DNA of 64,000 nt from Rhizophagus irregularis (taxonomy: Eukaryota). The stretch lies in contig NC_089429.1 in the NCBI RefSeq assembly GCF_026210795.1, forward strand, positions 5,084,001-5,148,000. Direction: 5' to 3'. Positions 41,933-52,752 of the stretch are shown piece by piece (the first letter of the stretch is position 1; each line of letters starts with the position of its first letter). The translations under genes and the position numbers were made by a program. The notes beneath the pieces are model-generated. The model saw nothing but the letters and a program-made list of their open reading frames with translations, was not told the origin of the DNA and searched no databases.

Positions 41933-44440
41933 ATGACCACTCAAGCTCAAGTTATCCCTAAGTTCGGTGAACAAAAGAAAGCCTTCAGTATCGATGAGCT
42001 TAAACGGCTTATTGTCACTGCAAAGAGTATGAGTGACCTCGATCAAGCCAAGAGGTATCTTTGCAGTTATTTCATTCCCTGTGCAGATCCTCATGAGGTT
42101 TTCTGGTGGGACCCGGATAGTAAAAGTTTGAAACACGTTATTGACAAAAATATTGGTAAACTTATCCATCCAATCATGAAGGCATTCTACACACAACCTG
42201 AACAAGGACCCTCTCAAAAAACCGAGTTCAACATCTACAAGTGGTTTATGGTCAAGAATACCGATGTATGTAATGCAACCTGTGATCCCCATAAACAGCG
42301 AATCTTCAGATCCTTAACCGGCTAACTCTATCTAAATATCTTTCCGGGATTCCTCCACGTCTTGCGTCCAATATCCACCTTTGAGTCTACAATCCACCTC
42401 GCGGTTAAATTTATCTTTTCTCACATTCGGGATATCTGGTGTTCAGGCAATTGGATCTTACTGAGTATATCATTAAGTGGTTGGCCGGTATATCTGCTGG
42501 AAGGAAGATGTACTCGATCCTTTACCTGAAATCTGGACAGGGTTGGGGTAAAGGTATTATAACAGATTTCATTCAGCGCAGCGTCCTAGGCACTCAACTC
42601 GTTTATAAGACCAGCGATCCTCAGACGATTCTTGGAAGTTTCAATAAGCAATTACAGGGTAAGGTTCTTCTTCTTCTCGAGGAAATGCCCACGGAAAAAA
42701 GCCAGTGAAATAATCTGTATCGCTCTTTAAAGGATAAAGTAACGAGTGACATAATGGAAATCCATGAAAAATACAAGACGCCAACACATTACAAAAACTT
42801 TATGTCCACCAACGTCCTAACCAATGAAAATGCTCTCAGAGTGGAAAATGATGATAGGCGCATAGTATTCTTGGATGTGTCACCATCCCGCAAGGGAGAT
42901 CTCAACTACTTCAAAAAACTCGGTGACGCTATGAAATACCCAGGCGCCAGTGAGGCATTCTATGCTTATTTGAGAGCCATCGCGGATGCTTACCCGAACT
43001 TCAATGGAAATCCGCCACCTATGACAACATCCAAACAGGAACATATCATCTCGACTCTTCCACCGCTATTCAAATTTATAAAGGACACATATCTCGTAGT
43101 GAAAAATTATATGACCGACCTACCTGTTCAAGAATTTTATAGGGTATATACTTCATATTGCGAAACTCATTGCATTTCACCCCTATCAAAGATAAACGCT
43201 TCTAGAATCCTATCAAATGAGTTGGGTATAAATAGCAAAGTAGTACCAAGGGTGGAAAAACACTATGGGTTTACAGTATATCCAGGGAGGACCTCTACAA
43301 GAAGTTCCTCGGCAAAAACTGGATCCACGAAACAGACGAGATAGACATAGAAGGAATCGATATAGAGACTTCTAAAAAACCTGCATCAGACCCCAATGCC
43401 TTGGAAAAGTTCTTGGCAAATATATATAATCCAACTAACAATTCACAAGACGTACAAGAAAAACCCACTGAAGAAAAACCCGAACCTGTTATTAAAGAGC
43501 AACCGATTTCCAAAAGGACTCCTCCACCGCTTCCACCTAAGCCTGATCACTTAAAAGAACGTCTACAAGAGTCAAGGGAAGAAAAACCGTCTACCCCCGA
43601 GCCAGATAACTATGACGTCTTAGACGACTTGTTATCAGACTCGGATTCTACAACCGCAGACCCAGTTCCTGAAAAACCGTCTGCCCCCGAGCCAGATGAC
43701 TACGACATTTTAGACGACTTGTTATCAGACTTGGATTCTACAACTGTGAACCCAGTTCTTGAGTAACAACCCGAGTCACCTACAGAATCTTCCACAAAAT
43801 CTGAATCCCTCGCAGATTCCAAATCTTCTACAGAACCTATAGTAGAATCGGCTTCTGAGCAACTTATCCCAGAACCTGACACAGAACCAGAAGTCGACCA
43901 GGATCCTGAACCAAAGGAAGGCACTCGAGCACACTGGGCTTGGCAAGAAAGACACCGATGGGACCGCAAGCCATGGGTTAAAAATTCAAAGGACCAGGCC
44001 TTCGATGATCTCTACAATACAGGTAAGGAATTATGGGCCAAGTACCAAGACGCGTCAGACGAATATGACTGGGAAATACTCACGTTTGAAGTAGAAGAAT
44101 GTCCCACAACGCGTATTGAGGACAAGTACCAGTACTACCTTAGGGAGGTAGTAGACCGCTTTAAGGACTGGATCAAATATAATGGATACTTATCTAAAAC
44201 ACCTAGCCGTAAAGAACTCGTGGATTTAATAAGAGTATACAAGGATAATCGTGATGCTGAGATTATCCCCACCCCTCTGGTTATGAAACTATGAGGGCAG
44301 ATAAGGGTAAAGCGCGAGAGATCCCTGAGGAACGTCCAAAAACTAATATGGAACGTGAATGGGAAGCCGCCAATAGAATCATCGACGACTGGGATGAAGA
44401 GGATCTTGACCGTGTATGCAGCAAGATTGACTCCTTTTAA
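41933..44440 (+). pseudogene. D5-like/SF3-type helicase (DUF5906-like P-loop NTPase) with Pro/acidic C-terminal extension
   Basis: Walker A SGQGWGKG (about 42532-42555), Walker B LLLLEE, LTNEN and DDRR motifs; upstream YLNIFPGF; broken by stops (42323, 42706, 43764) and frameshifts (about 42440, 43245); 90-bp duplication at 43580-43760. Confidence 0.75.
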
Positions 44441-44523
44441 TAAGATAAGCACTTCTTAGTTATCTTATATTTTTTGTATAAAAAACCTATATTACAACTG
44501 AACACAATTCATAAATACATCAA

Positions 44524-46915
44524 ATGGTTTATTCAGAGATTGTCCGTGCTTTACCTACAAGACCGGATATCAAAGAATTACAGTATTCAGGCGCAAGATT
44601 TTCTAGAGGATCAATAGTAAGACTTGGACAGCGACTCCAATCCCGGTATTCGACACATAAATTCCAGATCCTGCTTCCCTATGAAAACTGGAAACCCAGT
44701 GGATGGACATCAGGAAATGAACCGGTAAGTCTTTTTTCACTGTTAGACCATTATGATGAAGCATAACTACCAGATGACGCAGACCCCGATTATTTCGAAC
44801 GATTTATAATTTATATAAGAGACGCTCTACCGGCCACAGGAGGATGCGATGGGGAGCTAAATAATTGCCTGTATGAATGCCTAAAAAATATCTACGGCAC
44901 ATTCTCTAAAATGCCAAAATCAATCGAAAAGCCTGAGTTTATCAAAAAGGCATTAGGTCTCAATCGTGATGCTCCCATCCCAGTTTCATGCATGGATAAG
45001 GTTGAACAACTCGCAGGAAGTCTCACACTTAATATCGTGGGGGATATTACCTGAATCTCTAAGAGTAAGTTCGATAGACGTGCGACTCTCATCCTGTCTG
45101 AGGGTCACTACTCCCTCGCGTTAAATCCTAGAAGACTCCACCCCAGTAAATTAGATAAAAAGCGTAATCTGCCCATTGTGTATCATGAAGATGGAGTAAA
45201 CAATGTAGTCACAATATATAACGGCAAAATGGTTAAGTCTTGTACAATTGGGCAGTTTCAAAAAACTAAGAATTCAAGAAGTTCCTTTATCTCTGTTGAG
45301 AAGAACCATAAGACTGGAGTATATGAAACTCTTGAAGAAGCATATCAGAGAATCCACGAGGAGTAGAATTCCTTTCTACAGGAGACAAAGAAGTTCGGTT
45401 TAGGAATCGACTTATCATACCATAACTGGTCTTACAAAAGAACGGCTCTCTGGTTATTCGAACGATTAAGTGTAGGGATTCCAGCTAATGATCCTCTTGA
45501 CACAGGTCGAAAAGTGAAAAATCAGGCACCAATCGGTCACCAATCAGGTAGCTGATTGGTGACTGATTGGTGCCTGATTGGTGCCTGATTGGCATTTTCG
45601 CCAAATACCGTCACCAATCAGGCAGTTTGCTAACTTTTGATCCAGTGATCAGAAAAAGATGAAATATAGCTCATTGGAATCGTCTCAACAAGACGAATCT
45701 AATGGTAGTAAAATCGCATCTTTAGGATTAATAGTTAATAAAAAATTAAATAAAATATAAATGATACATTTTCATTTTTATATTTTACTTAATTTCTCAT
45801 CAAGTATTAATCCTAGAGATGCGATTTTACTACCATTAGATTTGTCTTGTTGAGACGATTCCAATGAGCTATATTTCATCCTTTTCTGATCACTGGATCA
45901 AAAGTTAGCAAACTGCCTGATTGGGCGACGTATTTGGCGAAAATGCCATCAGCACCAATCGGTCACCAATCAGGTACCTGATTGGTGACCGATTGGTGAC
46001 TGATTGATGCCTGATTTTTCACTTTTCGACCTGTGTGACCCGATAGAAGCAGAGTGGTTAAGTGATGCAATGATGGGAGGATTAATCTGAGCAGATAACG
46101 AGTGGAAGGGCTATGGAAGACAGTACGACGCAACAAGTTTATACCCGAGTATCCAACAATTAAACGTGAACTTTCCAATCAGACGGGGTAAATTCCAGAC
46201 ACTTAATGACTTTGTTGACCACAGGAGTTATGCCTTGTATGGATTATTTCGTGCTAAAGTAAGTGGGAATAATATTCTCTTCCGACAGAATAAAAGGGGA
46301 ATCTATACATTCATAAACTTACAACGAGCAAAAAAACTTGGTTTCAATATACAGTTAATACAGGATGGGAAGCCAAATGCATTGATATATGATAGAGAAG
46401 TGAGAATCCCTGGAACTGTAATATTCAGTGAGTATGTACACTTCCTCTTCAAAATTAAAAACCAGGGTGGCATAGCTGGCCGCGTGGCAAAGCGAGTCCT
46501 CAACATATTATGGGGAGCATTATGCCAGAGGAAGCGTAATTACAAGACACTCACCACAGATCAAACAGACCCATTTACATTTCCAGAGGGCCATACACTC
46601 AATTCTATCATGCCAGTAGGATCTGACCAGTAGCGATTCCAGTTTACAAACCCAGGTAATTCCTTCAAAGGTGAATATTCTAGGATCGCCCCATTCTTAT
46701 TAGCACGTGGTCGCAAAATCACATCTGAGGCAATTCAACCATACAAGGATAAAGTACAACGTATCCATACAGACGGATTTATTTTAAAAGAGCAGCCAGA
46801 TAGCCCCGCGCTTTTCACTTGTTCAGAGAATGCAGATACGACTCTAAAGACTTTCAAGTTTAAAACCGCGGGATACTGCCATGTAAAAAATGCGAACAAG
46901 GTTATCTGGACATGA
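44524..46915 (+). pseudogene. Family B DNA polymerase, protein-primed type, about 617 aa after removing the MITE
   Basis: AMMGG; motif A YDATSLYPS (about 46124); motif B KRVLNILWGAL; LARGR (Tx2GR-like); motif C RIHTDG. The frame is continuous once the 538-nt insertion plus TSD is removed; several in-frame stops. Confidence 0.8.
45501..46035. mobile_element. Fold-back MITE, copy 1 (CACAGG termini), inserted in polB
   Basis: Near-complete palindrome with arms of about 240 bp; CACCAATC internal repeats; TGA on both sides; excision restores ...PLDPIEAEW. Confidence 0.92.
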
Positions 46916-47060
46916 TTGCTAAGAACTGGTAGGTTTATTTTTTACCGACATACCGTGATGGCATAATTGAATAAACCTATAGAACATGTAATCTTACGAG
47001 ATACCCAAATGCAAAACACCGACGGATTAGGTAGACAAGACGACGAAAGTTTCCACACGT

Positions 47061-47602
47061 TGTAATAACTGAAAATATAATAAATAAATGACGCAGTAAA
47101 TCCTGTGGCGCAGTAGGTCACATGATATGGTTACACAAGAAGAAATAGTTGGGAATACAAAAGTCACGTGACAAGTCACATGGCGCAGTAAGTGACAGAT
47201 AAATATTTAGCCGATGGAATTTTGATAGAGAAAGAGTAGTAGATAGTAGAAATGATTTTCTTAAAATGTATAAATACAAGTGGATTTCGATAGGGAATTC
47301 GGCAGTTAAAAATTTTTGGAAAATAAAAAAAAAATTTTAATTTGCCCTTAAAAAAAAATAAACTAACACATTCTTTTAACCTTTTTCTTATGATGAAAAA
47401 GAAGTGTCATTTTTAATGACCTGATAATGATTTATAATTTTGGGGAAACTATCACAATTTAAAATTTTGGTAAGAAAATAATGCTTATGTACTTTTTGTA
47501 ACTAATTTTTATTTTAAACCAAGCATATAATATATTCGAACTCAACACGTCGGTGGCAACATATGATATTTTATTTTAATATCCTATGGGCGGCATGTCA
47601 CA
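47061..47602 (+). repeat. Probable 5' LTR of the Gypsy element
   Basis: TGTAATA...TGTCACA ends followed by TTT-TGGTGCATG (PBS-like, TGG at 47606); partner LTR lies outside the window. Confidence 0.55.
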
Positions 47603-47680
47603 TTTTGGTGCATGCTCACGAGAAAATAAAAGATTGTTGTCTTCATACAAAATCTAAATAAGAAATAAAAGAAAAGTATA

Positions 47681-47820
47681 TGAGAAATCATCAAAGAAAT
47701 ATAAGAAAGGAAGGATGATATAAGAAATCATCAAAGAAATATAAGAAAGGAAGGATGATATGAGAAATCATCAAAGAAATATAAGAAAGGAAGGATGATA
47801 TGTGAAATCATCAAAGAAAT
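47681..47820. repeat. 40-bp tandem repeat (about 3.5 copies) in the Gypsy leader
   Basis: gaaatcatcaaagaaatataagaaaggaaggatgatat repeated. Confidence 0.85.
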
Positions 47821-48241
47821 GATAAGATAATGAAGACTTATCTGAAATATGAGAAAAATGTTACTATATATGAAAAAGGATATAGTAAAAGTAATATTAT
47901 GAAAAAGGAATATTACGGAATATATGAAAAATGAAATATACGATATATTAAAAAAGTATATATCGAAAGGATAAATGAAATATTCAAGATAATAATGAAA
48001 AGATTTAAAAATTAAATGAAAATAAAAATTTATAAGGAGAATGAATTTTGTGAATAATAAGAAGTTAATAAATGATTGAAAAATTCAAAAGTATTATAAG
48101 AAAAGAAAAGTTATTAGTGACAAACCCGTAAACTACTATACTTCTATAAAGAAAATAAAGGCAAGCCCGGTATAGGTTACTAAATGAAAAAAGAAAATTA
48201 AATGATATTGTAAATATGAGAAATATCAAAATGTTGTTATA

Positions 48242-48733
48242 CACAGGTCGAAAAGTGAAAAATCAGGCATCAATCAGTCACCAATCGGTCACCAATCAGG
48301 TACCTGATTGGTGACTGATTGGTGACTGATTGGCATTTTCGCCAAATACCGTCGCCAATCAGGCAGTTTGCTAACTTTTGATCCAGTGATCAGAAAAGAA
48401 TGAAATATAGCTCATTGGAATCGTCTCAGCAAGACGAATCTAATGGTAGTAAAATCGCATTTCTAGGATTAATAGTTAATAAAAAATTAAATAAAATATA
48501 AATGATACATTTTTATTTTTATATTTTACTTAATTTCTCATCAAGTATTAATCCTAGAAATGAGATTTTACTACCATTAGATTCGTCATGTTGAGACGAT
48601 TCCAATGAGCTATATTTCATTCTTTTCTGATCACTGGATCAAAAGTTAGCAAACTGCCTGATTGGTGACGGTATTTGGCGAAAATGCCAATCAGGCACCG
48701 ATTGGTGCCTGATTTTTCACTTTTCGACCTGTG
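48242..48733. mobile_element. Fold-back MITE, copy 2
   Basis: Same cacaggtcgaaaagtgaaaaatcagg TIR and palindromic body as copy 1; TA on both sides. Confidence 0.92.
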
Positions 48734-49494
48734 TATTTGATATATGAAAAATAATTTTATTACAATAAAAGAATAATATGAAAGATTGTAAAAGATAATA
48801 ATGAATTATATGAAATAAAATGATGTAATAATGGCGCAGTAAAAGAAATATATAGCTGCCCCTTGGGCAGGGGCGATTGATTAATAAAAATATAAATGAA
48901 CAAGAAAATAATAGTAAAGAAATAGTTGTGTCACCAGGGGCGTTTGTCAACAGAAATTTTAGTACATTGATTGCTTAAAAATCCGTGGCTATCCAATTAT
49001 AATAAGAAAATATTAACGAATTATAAAATGAAATGCGAGAAATAAAATAATATGAAATAGATTTGAAATAAATATTTTGGAAGTTAATATAAGAAAAAGA
49101 TTAAAAGTTATTAAAAAGTTTAATGTTGTGTATAGAACTGGGAGAACCCCAGTATAAATAAGAGCACACTGGGAGGACCCAGTATAAATAAGCCTTTGTT
49201 GGTGATCATATTAGTCTGACACTGGGTGGCCCCAGTTATAAATAATCCCTAGCCTTGATCACAGTTTATTTGCGCAAGATATAAAAAGTTTATAAATAAA
49301 ATCGCGATTATAGATTATAGATTATATTATAGAATGTATAGAGAAATTATAGAATCAAAGCTGGAACTTTGAAAATATTAAAATTTAAACTGTATTTTAA
49401 AAGAAGTAAAAGATAAAATAGTAATTTAAATGATGATAAAATTTTAAAAAAAATATAAATAAAAGTGAAATTATGAAATGTTTAAATAAAAAAA

Positions 49495-50325
49495 ATGTCT
49501 GATATATACGATGAGTTAGAAGAGATTAAGAATAGACATGAAATAGAGAAACATAATGAATTAAGAAAAGAATATCAAGTGGACCCTTCATGTCTAAAAT
49601 GTTATAGTACTGATGAAATAGAGATAGGAGATTGGTTTAAAAGATTTTGGAAGATTTTTCAAAAAGTAATATTAGAAGCGATGAGTTATAACAAAAATAC
49701 ATATGTAAAATTAATGGAATACATAGTACTAACAAGAAAGGATGGGGAAGAAAGTTATCCATCTAGTAAAAAGAAAAGAAATAGAGAATTTGAGAAAATA
49801 AGAAAAGAAGGGGAAAAACTTCTAGATATAGTTGTAAGGTCAATTAGATATAGGAATAAATCAGATTACAGAAAAATGGGAATTATATCAGTGATAAAAG
49901 TGATCTGCGAACATTACATATTGAGTGAAGATAACGAGTTTATATTAGACGATCGAACAGAAGTGAATCTATTAGGAAATAGAGAATTATTAACATATAG
50001 ATATATTATAGAAGATGACGAATTAGATATAAGATTTGCAAAATTTGAAGAATGGTTAGACGAAATAGAATCAATAACCATTAAAAACAAAGGATACGGT
50101 ACTATGAGATATTTCAAAGAAATACTACATTTAGAAGAAAATATAGTAGAAGAAGAAAATAGAGAGAAAGTCAAGAAGTTTCAGAAAAGTATAACATATC
50201 AATGGTGGGATATAAATGAATATCCAAGACCATGGGTAAATGACGATATAACAGATAAGATAATAAAGAAAATTAGTATCAATAATAATAGATTCAGGAG
50301 CATCAGTCAGTTTAATATCAGATAA
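49495..50325 (+). CDS. Gag-like ORF of the Gypsy element, probably internally deleted
   Basis: 276-aa charged ORF directly upstream of the protease, in the A-rich retroelement strand. Confidence 0.55.
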   Translation: MSDIYDELEEIKNRHEIEKHNELRKEYQVDPSCLKCYSTDEIEIGDWFKRFWKIFQKVILEAMSYNKNTYVKLMEYIVLTRKDGEESYPSSKKKRNREFEKIRKEGEKLLDIVVRSIRYRNKSDYRKMGIISVIKVICEHYILSEDNEFILDDRTEVNLLGNRELLTYRYIIEDDELDIRFAKFEEWLDEIESITIKNKGYGTMRYFKEILHLEENIVEEENREKVKKFQKSITYQWWDINEYPRPWVNDDITDKIIKKISINNNRFRSISQFNIR

Positions 50326-50560
50326 ATTAAGAAAAGAATTAAATATTCCAATAATAGAAAAGAGTGATATTAGATTTATAATGGCTAATGGAACAAGAGT
50401 TGCATCAAAAGGAAAAATAGAAATAACAATAGAAATAAATGAAAATACAGAAATGAAAATAATTATGGACGTAATTGAATCAGTAGAAAAAGAATTAATA
50501 TTAGGAAATGATGTGTTAAGAGAAAAGAAAGGAATAATAGATTATAATGAAAAGATATTA
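50282..50560 (+). pseudogene. Retroviral-type aspartic protease, split by the Plavaka element
   Basis: IIIDSGASVSLIS...MANG...LILGND...IIDY; reads EKIL|ILRENGK across the empty site. Confidence 0.85.
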
Positions 50561-51922
50561 CATCAGGAAATTATATAGTGCGAAAAGTTGCGCAAGTTTA
50601 CACATCATAATATTTCGTAAGCTTCCAGACTCGCCGCAAGTTTGCGTAAGCGTAATATTTTGTAACTTTTTAAAATATTTCGAAATATTACGATATGCAA
50701 AGCTTCATAATTTTACGATTTGTAATATTCCGTAATTTTGCAGTTCGCAATATTTCGTAATTTTACATAATATTTCATAAGTTTTCAGATCCGCCGCAAG
50801 TTTGCGTAAGCGTAATATTTTGTAACTTTTTAAAATATTTCGAAATATTACTGTATGCAAGGCTTCATAATTTTACGATTCGTAATATTCCGTAATTTTA
50901 CTGCGTAATACTTCGCAACTTTTTAAAATATTTCAAAATTCTATGATGCGTAATATTCCATAATTTGACGATTCGTAATATTCTGTGATTTTACACAACT
51001 TAATATTTCGTAATATTTCAAAATATTTCGATAAATAATACTTCATTTTCTGTACTATAAGTTTATATAATGTATGTTTTATTAGATATAATCATAAAAA
51101 ATTACAAGTATTTATTAATATATACAGAATACATAAAAGTAAAAAAAAGAAAGAGTAGAGTAACAATATTATTAGACGTAAAAAGAAGAGAAACAGCTAT
51201 AGTAACGTTAGTATTAGATATAAAGATAAAAGAAATATTGTTATTATTGTTAGTATTAAGGTAAAAAGAGTTAAAGAAACAGTAAAAGGAGTAAAAGAAA
51301 CATGGATATTATCGTTAGTATTAAAGTACAAGTAAAAAGAAATAAAGGAAACGTAGATAGTATTGTTAGTATTACGACATAAAGTAACAAAGAGGTAAAA
51401 AAAAACGCGTTAATATTAAAATAATTAGTATTAATAAATAAATATTTCTATACCTGCAAAGTAATTGAACAAAAGAATAAAGAAATAAAGAGAAAGGAAA
51501 AAATAAACATGTTGTTAGTATTGTTAGTATCGTTAGTATTAAAGTACAAGTAAAAAGGAATAAAGGAAACATGGATATTATTGTTAGTATTACGATACAA
51601 AATAACAAAGAGGTAAAAAAAAATGAAAATAATTAGTATTAATAAACAAATATTTCTATACCTGCAAAGCAATAAATTATGAAATATATGTAAATATATT
51701 GTATATAATTAAAGAAATAATAGAAAGAAGAGACAAAAAAATTAAAAATATTGAACAAAAGAATAAAGAAATAAGAAACAAAAAAAATAAGACAAAAACG
51801 CGTGCATGATTAAATGATTAAATGATTAAATCACATGCAAGGATCAGCCTAATTTTGATTGGCCAGAAAATACGATATCGTAAAATTACGGAAATCCGCA
51901 TTTTAAAAAATCACAGAAATTG

Positions 51923-52135
51923 TATATGCACAATTACTAAATATTATCCCCTCGTGATAAATTAAAAATTATCAACACAAATTCAACACAAATTTAACAA
52001 ATTTAACGAAATTTGGCCAAAATTAACAAATTTTTACCAGAATTATCAACACAAATTGAACACAAATTGAACACAAATTTCAGCCATGATTTATTTATGT
52101 CACACCCGTGTTGTTAAGAATTAATAACCATTTTA
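51923..52135. repeat. Left arm of a long internal inverted repeat (partner 59195-59413)
   Basis: About 210 bp with aacacaaatt sub-repeats and atgtcacacccgtgttgttaa, reverse-complemented at 59195-59413. Confidence 0.85.
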
Positions 52136-52752
52136 TTTATTAAAACTATATTAATTATGGTAAAAAAAAATGCTATTACGTGTGATATATATAAAAAATA
52201 ATATTTATTTCCTATGCAACCCATAATTCTCTAATAAACTATTTACATACCGACCTTCCTCCTCCATGTTATAAGAGTCAATAGAAAGTATATCATCATC
52301 AGCTATGCCATCATTGGCCGCACCATCGTTGGCCGCACCATCGTTGGCCGCATCATCATTAGCCGCACCATCGTTAGGCCTACCATCGTTAGTCACACCA
52401 TCATCAGCCGCACCTGCTCTATCGTCAGCTGCTCTATCACCACCATCATCTACATCATTACCATCATGAGAATCATCGTCCGAATGTGTAAATTTATCCC
52501 TATTTTCCAACTTTTGCTAAAAATCAATAAATAAATAAATAAACTGTAATTCAAATAATTCACATTTTGCAAATTGTAAATTAAAAACTTACTAAGTTGT
52601 TGATTATCTTCGACTTCATTATACTTTCGCTCATTTGAATGTTTTGATTATTAGGATTTAAGTACGTTTCACATATGCTAATCGCATACGCTATTTGTGT
52701 TTTTGAGGGATTTTTATTTTCTTTTCGCAACTTATCAATTATCAGCGACATA

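Larger units (their letters stand above)
41425..47060 (+). mobile_element. Virus/Polinton/plasmid-like self-replicating element (helicase + pPolB-like polymerase), degraded; right end displaced by Gypsy
   Basis: Higher-GC intronless block starting abruptly inside the LINE RT; two co-oriented large pseudo-ORFs; iteron-like repeats upstream. Confidence 0.7.

Noticed and set aside
41810..46506. Minus-strand ORFs over the helicase/PolB region (e.g. 41810-42292, 43700-43969, 44135-44452)
   Set aside because: Antisense shadows of the plus-strand genes; no capsid or integrase motifs recognisable
51070..51780. Hydrophobic ORFs in a duplicated AT-rich block
   Set aside because: Low-complexity internal repeats of the Plavaka element; no coding signal
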